Source: an uncultured Thermus sp. (GTDB lineage Bacteria; Deinococcota; Deinococci; Deinococcales; Thermaceae). Taken from it: 64,000 nt of DNA. The position numbers and the translations under genes are program-made. The stretch spans positions 1-64,000 of the forward strand of contig CAMTVD010000006.1 in NCBI GenBank assembly GCA_947085095.1, given 5' to 3'. A model generated the notes under the pieces. That model had not been told where the DNA came from. It did no database searches and saw only the letters and a list, made by a program, of their open reading frames with translations. Positions 40,338 through 48,984 of the stretch are shown here, in pieces (the first letter of the stretch is position 1; each line of letters opens with the position of its first letter).

Positions 40338-41228
40338 GTGGCCCTGGAGCGCCTGAGGGAAGCCTTGGCCCAGGCCCTCTTCGGCCAGGAGGAGGTCATA
40401 GAGGCCCTCCTGGCCACGGTCCTGGCCCGGGGGCACGCCCTCTTGGAAGGGGTCCCGGGCCTGGGCAAGACCCTGCTGGCGGAAAGCTTCGCCCGCGCAA
40501 GCGGCCTTTCCTACAAGCGCATCCAGTTTACCCCCGACCTTCTCCCCCAGGACCTCACGGGAAGCGAGGTCTTCCGGGAGGGGCGTTTTGAGTTCGTGAA
40601 GGGGCCCGTCTTCGCCCAGGTGGTCCTGGCGGACGAGGTGAACCGGGCCCCCCCCAAGGTGCAGTCGGCCCTCCTCGAGGCCATGCAGGAAAGGGCGGTC
40701 ACCGCCGGGGGGGTACGCCACCCCCTGCCCGAGCCCTTCTTCGTAGTGGCCACGCAAAACCCCCTGGAGCTGGAAGGGACCTATCCCCTCCCCGAGGCCC
40801 AGCTGGACCGCTTCACCGCCCGGATCGTCTTCCGCCCCCCCAGGCGGGAGGTGTGGCTCAGGATCCTCACCGAGGAGCCCAAAACCCCAGAGCCCTTGGA
40901 GGTGGACTTTCCCCAGGTGCAAAAGGAGGCCCGGGAGGTCCGGGTGGCCAGGGAGGCCCTCGAGGCCATCACCCACGTGGCCTTCCTCACCGCCGAGGAC
41001 AAGAGGCTCCGCATGGGCCTCTCCCCCCGGGGGGCCAAGGCCTGGCTCTCCTTGGCCAAGGCCCTGGCCCACCTCCGGGATAAGCCCCTGGTGGACTGGA
41101 AGGAGCTTAAGGACGCCGCCTCCTTAGCCCTCCCCCATCGCCTTTTCCTCACGGAGGAGGCCCTTTACGAGGGGGAAAGCGCCGAGAAGGTGCTCATGGA
41201 AGCCTTGAGGAAAGGAGGTATTCCGTGA
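40338..41228 (+). CDS. MoxR-family AAA+ ATPase
   Basis: GVPGLGKT, RIQFTPDLLP, DEVNRAPPKVQSALLEAMQE, GTYPLPEAQLDRF. Confidence 0.95.
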   Translation: MALERLREALAQALFGQEEVIEALLATVLARGHALLEGVPGLGKTLLAESFARASGLSYKRIQFTPDLLPQDLTGSEVFREGRFEFVKGPVFAQVVLADEVNRAPPKVQSALLEAMQERAVTAGGVRHPLPEPFFVVATQNPLELEGTYPLPEAQLDRFTARIVFRPPRREVWLRILTEEPKTPEPLEVDFPQVQKEAREVRVAREALEAITHVAFLTAEDKRLRMGLSPRGAKAWLSLAKALAHLRDKPLVDWKELKDAASLALPHRLFLTEEALYEGESAEKVLMEALRKGGIP

Positions 41229-43612
41229 AGTGGATCCGGTTTTTCCACGAGGTGGGCCTCGAGGACGTCCCCCTGGTGGGGGGCAAGAACGCCTCCCTGG
41301 GGGAGATGATCCGGGAGCTCTCCCCTTTGGGGGTGAGGGTCCCCCCGGGCTTCGCCACCACCAGCCAGGCCTACTGGCACTTCCTGGAAGAGAACGGCCT
41401 GAAAGAGGCCATCGCCCGGGAGCTACAGAACCTAGATGTGGAGGACCCGGAGGCCTTGGGACGGACAAGCCGCCGCATCCGGAACCTGATCCTAAAGGGG
41501 GAGTACCCGGAAGACCTGAGGGAGGAGATCCTCGCCGCCTACCGGAAACTCTCCCAGGAGGCGGGGGAGGAGGCCATCCCCGTGGCCGTGCGGAGTAGCG
41601 CCACCGCCGAGGACCTCCCCACCGCCAGCTTCGCCGGCCAGCAGGAGAGCTACCTCTACGTCCAGGGGGAGGAGGACCTCCTCCTCCACGCAAAGCGGGC
41701 CATGGCCAGCCTCTTCACCGCCCGGGCCATCAGCTACCGGGCCCACATGGGCTTTGACCACCTGAAGGTGGCCCTCTCCGTGGGGGTCCAGCGCATGGTG
41801 CGGGCGGACTCGGGCGCAAGCGGGGTCATCTTCACCCTGGACCCGGACACGGGGCATCCTGGCTTCGTCTACCTCACCGCCATCTACGGCCTGGGGGAGA
41901 ACATCGTCCAGGGGCGGGTGGTGCCGGATGGGTACTACGTGCACAAGGAGGCCCTGCGCCAGGGCTACAAGGCCCTGGTCTACCGAAAGCTGGGGGCCAA
42001 GGAGCTCACCCTGGCCTACGATCCCAAGGAGGGCCGCCTCAAAAACCGCCCTACCCCCCCTTACCTGAGGAACCAGTTCGCCCTAAAGGAGGAGGAGGTC
42101 CTCCTCCTTTCGGACTGGTCCATACGCATTGAGGACCACTACACCCGGAAGCGGGGAACCCCCACCCCCATGGACATTGAGTGGGCCAAGGACGGCCCCA
42201 CGGGGGAGCTCTTCATCCTCCAGGCCCGGCCGGAGACCGTCCACTCGCAAAAGAGCCCGGTCCTAAGGATCTACCGCCTCCTGGGCCGGGGGGAGGTCCT
42301 GGCCGAGGGCCTGGCGGTGGGGGAGGCCATCGCCCAGGGCCGGGCCCGCATCCTCAAGGACCCCAAGGAGATGGACCGCTTTCAGGAGGGGGAGGTCCTG
42401 GTCACCGAGACCACCAACCCCGACTGGGAGCCCATCATGAAAAAGGCGGCGGCCATCGTCACCGAGCGGGGCGGGCGCACCTCCCACGCCGCCATCGTGG
42501 CCCGGGAGCTGGGGGTGCCCGCCATCGTGGGGGCGGTGGGGGCTACCGGGAGCATCCCCGAGGGGGAGGAGGTCACGGTCTCCTGCGCCGAGGGGGAGGT
42601 GGGCCGGGTCTACCGGGGGAGGCTCCCCTACGAGGTGGAGGAGATCCACCCCGAAAGCCTCCCCAAGACCCGCACCCGGGTCCTGGTGAACGTGGGCACC
42701 CCGGAGGAGGCCCTGAAGGTGAGCCTCCTCCCCACGGACGGGGTGGGGCTTTTGCGCATGGAGTTCGTCTTCGCCAGCCACGTGCGGGTCCACCCCCTGG
42801 CCCTCACCCGCTACCAGACCCTGCCCAAGGAGGTCCGCCGCCAGGTGGACGAGGCCACCGAGGGGTATGGCGACAAGCGGGCCTATTTCGTGGAGCGGCT
42901 TTCCGAGGGCATCGCCCTCATCGCCGCCGCCTTCTACCCCAGGCCCGTCCTCCTCCGCTTCTCCGACTTCAAGACCAACGAGTACGCCCGCCTCATCGGA
43001 GGACACCTCTTTGAGCCCAAGGAGGAGAACCCCATGCTGGGCTGGCGGGGAGCGAGCCGCTACTACCACCCGGACTACAAGGAGGGCTTTTTGCTGGAGG
43101 TGGCGGCGGTGAAGCGGGTGCGGGAGGAGATGGGTCTCAAGAACCTCATGGTCATGGTGCCCTTCTGCCGCACGCCGGAGGAGGGGGAGAGGGTGCTAAG
43201 GGTCATGGAGGAGGGAGGGCTCAGGCGGGGGGAGGGGGGGCTAGAGGTCTACGTGATGGCGGAGATCCCCTCTAACGTCCTCGAGGCCGAGGCCTTCGCC
43301 CAGCTCTTTGACGGCTTCTCCATCGGCTCCAACGACCTCACCCAGCTGGCCTTGGGCCTGGATCGGGACTCGGAGCGGGTGGCCCACCTCTTTGACGAGA
43401 GGCGGGAGACGGTGAAGGCCCTGTGCGCCCTGCTCATTGAGAAGGCCCACGCCAAGGGGAAGAAGGTGGGCATCTGCGGCCAGGCCCCTTCCGACTACCC
43501 CGAGTTCGCCGCCTTCTTGGTGGAAAGGGGCATTGACTCCCTAAGCCTCAACCCCGACGCCCTCCTGCGCACGGTGAAGAGGGTGGCGGAGATAGAAAGC
43601 GCCCTCCCCTGA
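41225..43612 (+). CDS. ppsA: Phosphoenolpyruvate synthase
   Basis: VGGKNASLGEM, AVRSSATAED, GGRTSHAAIVAREL, SIGSNDLTQL. Confidence 0.97.
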   Translation: MKWIRFFHEVGLEDVPLVGGKNASLGEMIRELSPLGVRVPPGFATTSQAYWHFLEENGLKEAIARELQNLDVEDPEALGRTSRRIRNLILKGEYPEDLREEILAAYRKLSQEAGEEAIPVAVRSSATAEDLPTASFAGQQESYLYVQGEEDLLLHAKRAMASLFTARAISYRAHMGFDHLKVALSVGVQRMVRADSGASGVIFTLDPDTGHPGFVYLTAIYGLGENIVQGRVVPDGYYVHKEALRQGYKALVYRKLGAKELTLAYDPKEGRLKNRPTPPYLRNQFALKEEEVLLLSDWSIRIEDHYTRKRGTPTPMDIEWAKDGPTGELFILQARPETVHSQKSPVLRIYRLLGRGEVLAEGLAVGEAIAQGRARILKDPKEMDRFQEGEVLVTETTNPDWEPIMKKAAAIVTERGGRTSHAAIVARELGVPAIVGAVGATGSIPEGEEVTVSCAEGEVGRVYRGRLPYEVEEIHPESLPKTRTRVLVNVGTPEEALKVSLLPTDGVGLLRMEFVFASHVRVHPLALTRYQTLPKEVRRQVDEATEGYGDKRAYFVERLSEGIALIAAAFYPRPVLLRFSDFKTNEYARLIGGHLFEPKEENPMLGWRGASRYYHPDYKEGFLLEVAAVKRVREEMGLKNLMVMVPFCRTPEEGERVLRVMEEGGLRRGEGGLEVYVMAEIPSNVLEAEAFAQLFDGFSIGSNDLTQLALGLDRDSERVAHLFDERRETVKALCALLIEKAHAKGKKVGICGQAPSDYPEFAAFLVERGIDSLSLNPDALLRTVKRVAEIESALP

Positions 43613-43623
43613 TATCCTGGGGC

Positions 43624-44241
43624 ATGGTGCGCGAGCCCTTCAACGCCCTAAGCCATGCCCTGGGGGTACCCCTGGCCTTGCTGGGAAGTCTGGTCCTCCT
43701 CCTTATGGCCCCTAAGGAGGTCTGGCCGGCCCTCCTGGTCTTCGGCCTCACCATGGCCCTGATGTTCGGAGCCAGCGCCCTCTACCACGCCCTGAAGGTG
43801 GAGGCAGGGGCCCTAGCCTGGCTCCGCCGCCTGGACCATGCGGCCATCTTCCTCTTCATCGCCGGGAGCTACACCCCCTTCCTGATGGAAGGTCTGGAGG
43901 CGGGGCCTAGGACCTTCGCCTTGGGGCTGGTCTGGGGCCTGGCCCTTCTGGGGGTGGGCTTCCGCCTCTTCTTCCTCAAGGCCCCCCGCTGGCTGTACAC
44001 CCTGGCCTATCTAGGTCTGGGATGGCTTTCCGTCCTCTTCCTGCCCAGGCTGGACCTTTCCCTCTCCACCTTCGCCCTCATGGCCATCTCCGGGACCTTC
44101 TACACCCTGGGAGCCCTGGTCTACTGGCGGAAGCGGCCCAACCCCTGGCCCAAGCAGGTGGGCTTCCACGGGCTTTGGCACCTCTTGGTCCTCCTGGGCA
44201 GCCTCTTCATGTACCTGGCGGTGCTGAGCCTTTACGTCTAA
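43624..44241 (+). CDS. Hemolysin III / PAQR-family membrane protein
   Basis: NALSH, SALYH, RLDHAAIF, HGLWH. Confidence 0.92.
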   Translation: MVREPFNALSHALGVPLALLGSLVLLLMAPKEVWPALLVFGLTMALMFGASALYHALKVEAGALAWLRRLDHAAIFLFIAGSYTPFLMEGLEAGPRTFALGLVWGLALLGVGFRLFFLKAPRWLYTLAYLGLGWLSVLFLPRLDLSLSTFALMAISGTFYTLGALVYWRKRPNPWPKQVGFHGLWHLLVLLGSLFMYLAVLSLYV

Positions 44242-44274
44242 CTTTCTCATGAGAAAGTAAGCTACCATGGGGGT

Positions 44275-44949
44275 ATGGAACCCCCTCTGATCCTGATCGT
44301 GGAGGACGAGAAGGACATCGCCCGCTTCATAGAGCTGGAGCTTATGGCGGAGGGCTACCGCACCGAGGTGGCCCACGACGGCATCACCGGGCTTTCCAAG
44401 TTCCGGGAGGTGAACCCCAACCTGGTCATCCTGGACCTGATGCTCCCGGTCATGGACGGGATTGAGGTGGCTAGGCGCATCCGCAAGACCTCCAACGTGC
44501 CCATCCTCATCCTCACCGCCAAGGACCGGGTGGAGGACAAGGTTCTGGGCCTGGATGCGGGGGCCGACGACTACCTGGTGAAGCCCTTCTCCATTGAGGA
44601 GCTGTTGGCCCGGGTGCGGGCCCACCTGCGCCGGGTAACCCCAGCCATCACCGGGGAGATCCGGGTGGCGGACCTGATCGTCAACCTCGAGGGCCGGGAG
44701 GTCTTCCGGGGGGGGCGCCGGATCGAGCTCTCCAACAAGGAGTTTGAGCTCCTGGAGCTCTTGGCCAAGAACCCGGGCAAGGTCTTCAGCCGCTACGAGA
44801 TTGAGGAAAAGGTCTGGCCCGGCTACCAGGGCGGGAGCAACGTGGTGGACGTCTACATCGGCTACCTGCGCAAGAAGCTGGAGGCGGGCGGGGAGCGCCG
44901 CCTCATCCACACCGTGCGGGGCGTGGGGTACGTGCTGAGGGAGGACTAG
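44275..44949 (+). CDS. OmpR-family response regulator (recalled similarity to Deinococcus DrRRA, unverified)
   Basis: [45 protein letters not shown]. Confidence 0.95.
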   Translation: MEPPLILIVEDEKDIARFIELELMAEGYRTEVAHDGITGLSKFREVNPNLVILDLMLPVMDGIEVARRIRKTSNVPILILTAKDRVEDKVLGLDAGADDYLVKPFSIEELLARVRAHLRRVTPAITGEIRVADLIVNLEGREVFRGGRRIELSNKEFELLELLAKNPGKVFSRYEIEEKVWPGYQGGSNVVDVYIGYLRKKLEAGGERRLIHTVRGVGYVLRED

Positions 44950-44953
44950 GACC

Positions 44954-46360
44954 CTGAGCCTAAGAAGCCGCATCACCCTCCTCACCGCGGGCCTCCTCCT
45001 CGTCACCCTCCTCCTCTTAGGCTTCGCCCTGGAGAGGCTTTTAGGGAGCTTCCTCTACCGCAACCTGCGGGGGGAGCTTCTGGAGGCCAGCAACCAGGTG
45101 GTCCGCCTCCTCAACCTGGGGGGGCAGGCCCTCCTGGAGGCGGGGCTTCCCCCGAGCCTCTACGCCGAGGTCCAGCTCATCCCTGAGGAGGACCCCGCCC
45201 TACTGGCCCGGGAGGGAGGGATCAGCCTGCAGCGGAGCCCCGCCCTCGGAAGCCAGCGCCTGGTCCTGAAGGAGGCGGACTACCGGGCCCTCCTAAAAGC
45301 GGGGGAGGTCTGGGCGGAGGCGGAGCTTCCCCGGGAAGGCCAGCCCCTCCGCCTCCTGGTCTACGCCAAGGAGGTGGAGGTGAACCTGGGGGGAGCGGTC
45401 TGGAAGGGGGTCCTCTTGGTGGGCAGGCCCACGGAGGACCTCGAGGCCACCCTGGTCCAGTTCGCCCGCATCTACGCGGGGACGGCCCTCTTGGTCCTCC
45501 TCCTCGCCCTCCTCCTGGCGCGAAGCCTGGTGGCCCGGGCCCTGGAGCCCTTGGAGTGGCTGGCCCGCCGGGCCGAGGCCATGCCCGAGCGCCCCGAGCC
45601 CCTCCCCGAACCCGAGGGGAAGGACGAGGTGGCCGCCCTGGTCAAGGCCCTAAACGGCATGATCACCCGCATGCAAAAGGCCTTTGAGGCCCAGACCCGC
45701 TTCCTCCAGGACGCCTCCCACGAGCTCAGGACCCCCATCACCGCCATCCTGGGGCACGTGGGCTACCTCCTAAGGCGCACCCCCCTCACCGAGGCCCAGA
45801 AGGAGAGCCTGGAGATCGTGAAGCGGGAGGCGGAGCGCATGGGCAAGCTGGTCTCGGACCTCCTGGACCTCTCCCAAAGCGGCACCTGGCGCATGGAGTC
45901 CGTGCCCGTGCGGGTCCTGGAGCTTCTGGAGGAGGTGAGGGGGGAGTTCGCCAAAAGCTTTGAGGGGGAGATCCTGGTGGAGGCCCCCGAGGACCTCCAC
46001 GTGCAAGGGGACCCCGATCGGCTTCACCAGGTGCTCGCCAACCTGGTCTCCAACGCCCTTAAGGCCGGGGCGAAGACGGTGTGGCTCAGGGCCTTTGACC
46101 TGGGCGACCGGGCGGTGGTGCGGGTGGAGGACGATGGGGAGGGGATCCCCCCAGAGCACCTCCCCCACCTCTTTGAACGCTTCTACCGGGTGGACAAGGC
46201 GCGGGACCGGGAACGGGGGGGCTCGGGCCTCGGCCTCGCCATCGTGAAGGCCATCCTCGAGGCCCACGGAGGCGAGATCTGGGTGGAAAGCCAGATGGGC
46301 CAGGGCACCGCCTTCAGCTTCTCCCTCCCCGCAAGCGGGCCACCGCCTCCTCCACGCTGA
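44954..46360 (+). CDS. Sensor histidine kinase, probably starting at CTG
   Basis: TM1 (xSLRSRITLLTAGLLL) lies upstream of the first GTG; HAMP, ASHELRTP, DDGEG, FYRVDKAR, GSGLGL. Confidence 0.88.
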   Translation: MSLRSRITLLTAGLLLVTLLLLGFALERLLGSFLYRNLRGELLEASNQVVRLLNLGGQALLEAGLPPSLYAEVQLIPEEDPALLAREGGISLQRSPALGSQRLVLKEADYRALLKAGEVWAEAELPREGQPLRLLVYAKEVEVNLGGAVWKGVLLVGRPTEDLEATLVQFARIYAGTALLVLLLALLLARSLVARALEPLEWLARRAEAMPERPEPLPEPEGKDEVAALVKALNGMITRMQKAFEAQTRFLQDASHELRTPITAILGHVGYLLRRTPLTEAQKESLEIVKREAERMGKLVSDLLDLSQSGTWRMESVPVRVLELLEEVRGEFAKSFEGEILVEAPEDLHVQGDPDRLHQVLANLVSNALKAGAKTVWLRAFDLGDRAVVRVEDDGEGIPPEHLPHLFERFYRVDKARDRERGGSGLGLAIVKAILEAHGGEIWVESQMGQGTAFSFSLPASGPPPPPR

Positions 46361-46685
46361 TCTCCCCCCGGCGCAAGGCCTCGAGGACCTCCACGCGGTC
46401 TTCCCTCTCTTCCCCCGCCTCGTAACCCAAGGCCTTCAGGAGGGCGTCCAGCCTGGCCCGCACCGTGGGGTAGGAGACCCCCAGGATCCGCTCCACCTCC
46501 TTCAGGTTCCCCCGGGTCTTCACGAAGAGCCTCAGGAAGTCCAGGTGCTCCTTGGGCAGAAGGGCGAACTCGTTGGGGAGGAAGCGGCCCGAAACCTCGG
46601 TGCCGCAGGCCTCGCAGTAAAGGATCCTCACGGAAAGGGGCCCCTCGCAGGCGGGGCACCGCACCGGCATGGGTTTTTTCACCAT
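46314..46685 (-). CDS. DUF2089-family zinc-ribbon/HTH protein with SHOCT-like tail
   Basis: CPAC...CEAC, GNLKEVERILGVSYPTVR, VLEALRRGEISVEEA. Confidence 0.9.
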   Translation of the reverse strand: MVKKPMPVRCPACEGPLSVRILYCEACGTEVSGRFLPNEFALLPKEHLDFLRLFVKTRGNLKEVERILGVSYPTVRARLDALLKALGYEAGEEREDRVEVLEALRRGEISVEEAVARLRGGRS

Positions 46686-46942
46686 AGTCCCACCTTCAGC
46701 CGCACGCCCTCGGCCTCCAGGGAAAGGAGGGGCAGGGGAGGAAGCCCCCTGAGGGCAAAGAGGGCCAGGAAAGGTACCCTCGGCCCCGGCCTTCCCCTAA
46801 GGAGCCCCCGGGTCTTCCAGAGGAAGAGGAGGAGGAGAAGCCCCCACTCCAGGAAGAAGAGGGGGAGGACGAGGTAGAGGGGGAAGGGCCAGGGCCCCCG
46901 CACCGCCAGGTAGAGAAACCGAGGCCTGAGGGGCGGCCTCAC
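46679..46942 (-). CDS. Small hydrophobic hypothetical protein
   Basis: Fills the operon gap with overlaps at both ends; hydrophobic core. Confidence 0.65.
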   Translation of the reverse strand: MRPPLRPRFLYLAVRGPWPFPLYLVLPLFFLEWGLLLLLFLWKTRGLLRGRPGPRVPFLALFALRGLPPLPLLSLEAEGVRLKVGLW

Positions 46943-47310
46943 ACCACCTCCACCAGGATCTTGACGGGCCCGTCCTCCTCCTGGGCCTCTACCTCTACCA
47001 GTTTTCCTTCAGGAACCCCCTCCTTGAGGAGGGCCAGGAGGTCCTTGAGGTTCACCCCCTGGCGGCCCAGGGTGAGCTTGGCCTCCTCGGGGAGGAAGGA
47101 CTCCACCAGGGGGGCCAGGGCCAGGGGGAGGTTGACGTGAATCTTCACGGGCCGCCCCTTCTCCTCCGCTTCCACCCGCACCTTGAGGAGCCGGGCCGGG
47201 GGCCTGGGCTCGGGCCTCGTCCCCTCCAAGGCCGCAAGCAGGTCCATGGCCTCCTCTACCCCGATGCTTCCCGCCTGCAACATCTCCAGCACGCGCTTTT
47301 TCTCTTCCAT
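46939..47310 (-). CDS. SHOCT-like domain protein
   Basis: MEEKKRVLEMLQAGSIGVEEAMDLLAAL; KIHVNLPL. Confidence 0.85.
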   Translation of the reverse strand: MEEKKRVLEMLQAGSIGVEEAMDLLAALEGTRPEPRPPARLLKVRVEAEEKGRPVKIHVNLPLALAPLVESFLPEEAKLTLGRQGVNLKDLLALLKEGVPEGKLVEVEAQEEDGPVKILVEVV

Positions 47311-47312
47311 GT

Positions 47313-47978
47313 CTAGGCCTCCACTTCCAGGTTGCTGGCGAAAGCCCTCACCCTAAGAACCGCCCGCCCTTCCCCAAGCCGGTACCCACCCGGCACCCGG
47401 GCCAAGGCCCCTCCCACCTTCACCGAAGAAAGCCTTTCCCCCACCTCCAGAAGGAGGTCCGAAGGGGGGAGGAAGCTGAGCTCGGCGTTGCTGGCCTTGA
47501 GGTCCAGGCGGTGAGTCCCCTCCCGGAGGAGGAGGGTGGCCTCCAGGTTTCCCGCCACCAACCCCAGGTCCAGCCCCAGGATCCCCTCCCCTTCCAGGTT
47601 GCACCCATGGGCTTGCCCCAAGAGGGCCACCCGGGAGAGCTCCAGGTTGCTCCCCTTGGCCTCGAGGCGGACCAGGCTCCCCTCAGGCACCCAAAGCCTA
47701 CCCTTCTCCCCTACGCCTAGGCGGAAAAGGTGGCCCTCCCCTTCCTTCCGGAACTCCCCACCTTCCGCCTCGGGGAGGGTGAGCCCCCTTTTCCCCATCA
47801 CCTCCACGTCCGCCCCGCCCGCCACCAGGCGAACCCCGGGGCCCTGGGGCCAGGCCTCCCCCCTCACCGAGCCCTCCTCCACCTCCCGGTCCTCCAGGGC
47901 CGCAAGGAGCTCCAGGGCCTCCTCGGGGCTCAGAACCCCTTCCCTGACCATCTCCAGGATGCGCCTCTTATCCTCCAT
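47313..47978 (-). CDS. SHOCT-like plus DUF4097-like beta-repeat protein (YvlB/LiaX-like)
   Basis: MEDKRRILEMVREGVLSPEEALELLAAL; repeated SNLEL/CNLEG/GNLEA/SNAEL/SNLEV units. Confidence 0.8.
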   Translation of the reverse strand: MEDKRRILEMVREGVLSPEEALELLAALEDREVEEGSVRGEAWPQGPGVRLVAGGADVEVMGKRGLTLPEAEGGEFRKEGEGHLFRLGVGEKGRLWVPEGSLVRLEAKGSNLELSRVALLGQAHGCNLEGEGILGLDLGLVAGNLEATLLLREGTHRLDLKASNAELSFLPPSDLLLEVGERLSSVKVGGALARVPGGYRLGEGRAVLRVRAFASNLEVEA

Positions 47979-48165
47979 GAACCGCCTCCTTCCCCCTCCA
48001 GGCCTCCTCCGGGGCCAGCCAGGCGGAAAGCCTCAGCAAAAGCCGGGCGAACCCCCTGCGCCACCCCCGCCTCAGGGGCCTCAAGCGCCTTTCCCGTTCC
48101 GCCTCCTCTAGGAGAGCCTTCTGGTGGAGCCTTACCGCTTGCCAATTCTCCCAAGAACCCAGCAT
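47968..48165 (-). CDS. Small basic helical hypothetical protein, first gene of the operon
   Basis: AAGGAGGTGA SD before ATG; overlaps the next start. Confidence 0.7.
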   Translation of the reverse strand: MLGSWENWQAVRLHQKALLEEAERERRLRPLRRGWRRGFARLLLRLSAWLAPEEAWRGKEAVHGG

Positions 48166-48186
48166 CCCCCTCACCTCCTTGAGGAG

Positions 48187-48227
48187 ATTGTAATACTGAG
48201 GTTACTATTCTGTCAAGCCCTACTTAC
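48187..48227 (-). promoter_or_regulatory. Near-consensus promoter with two tandem imperfect inverted repeats
   Basis: Minus-strand TTGACA (48216-48211)-18 nt-TACAAT (48192-48187); GTAA-N8-TTAC (48190-48205) and GTCA-N8-TTAC (48212-48227). Confidence 0.7.
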
Positions 48228-48231
48228 ACTT

Positions 48232-48984
48232 TTAGAAGATGAGCCTCGAGGGGTGCCGGGAACCCAGGAAGGGAGCCCCCAGGAAGGCGAAAAGGAGCAG
48301 GGCGTAGGCGAGAAGGAGAAGCCCCGCCCGGGGAAGCCCCCTTAGCCTCTCCTCCAAGAGGAAGTGGAGGGTCAAAAGAAACCAGCCCAGGAAGGCGGAA
48401 AGCTCCTTGGGGTCTAAGGTCAAGGGGCTTCCGAAGTAGCCCCAGGCCCAGGCCATCCCGCTCCCCAGGCCCAGGGTGGCCGCCAGATACCCCACCCTTA
48501 GGTACCCCCGCTCCAGGCGCCTGAGGCTCCAGAGGGGGGCGTTTTGCAGGGCCTTCTCGGGGGCACGGCGCAGGCGCAGGTCCTGTAGAGCACCCATCAC
48601 CCCCGCCCCTACTCCCACCGCCAGGGCCAGGTAGGCCACCAGGAAAGCCCCCCCGTGGAGGAGGCTGAGGGAAAGGGGATGCGCCCCCCCGGGATGGGAC
48701 AGGGCCTTGAGGGCGAAAAAACCTAAAAGGAGGGCTAAAAGGAGGAGGTAGCGCCGCAAGGGAGCAAGCCAGGGCCTTTGCAGAAGGCTTTCCCCTCTAA
48801 GGGCGAGAAACCCGCCCAAGAGGAGGGCGGGCTGGGCCGGGCCAGAAAAAAGCCCCTTAACCAGGGCATCCGCCAGGGCCGCCCCCAGGTAGAGAAGGGC
48901 CCCGGGATAAAGGGCCCGGGGCCAGAAGAGGCCCAGGGCCAAGCCCACCACGCCCCCCAGCGCCAGAAGGTCAGCGAGGTTCAT
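48232..48984 (-). CDS. CcsA/HemX-like cytochrome c assembly family membrane protein
   Basis: Multi-TM; GMAWAWGYFG...DPKE Trp-rich motif; overlaps the hemA stop. Confidence 0.8.
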   Translation of the reverse strand: MNLADLLALGGVVGLALGLFWPRALYPGALLYLGAALADALVKGLFSGPAQPALLLGGFLALRGESLLQRPWLAPLRRYLLLLALLLGFFALKALSHPGGAHPLSLSLLHGGAFLVAYLALAVGVGAGVMGALQDLRLRRAPEKALQNAPLWSLRRLERGYLRVGYLAATLGLGSGMAWAWGYFGSPLTLDPKELSAFLGWFLLTLHFLLEERLRGLPRAGLLLLAYALLLFAFLGAPFLGSRHPSRLIF

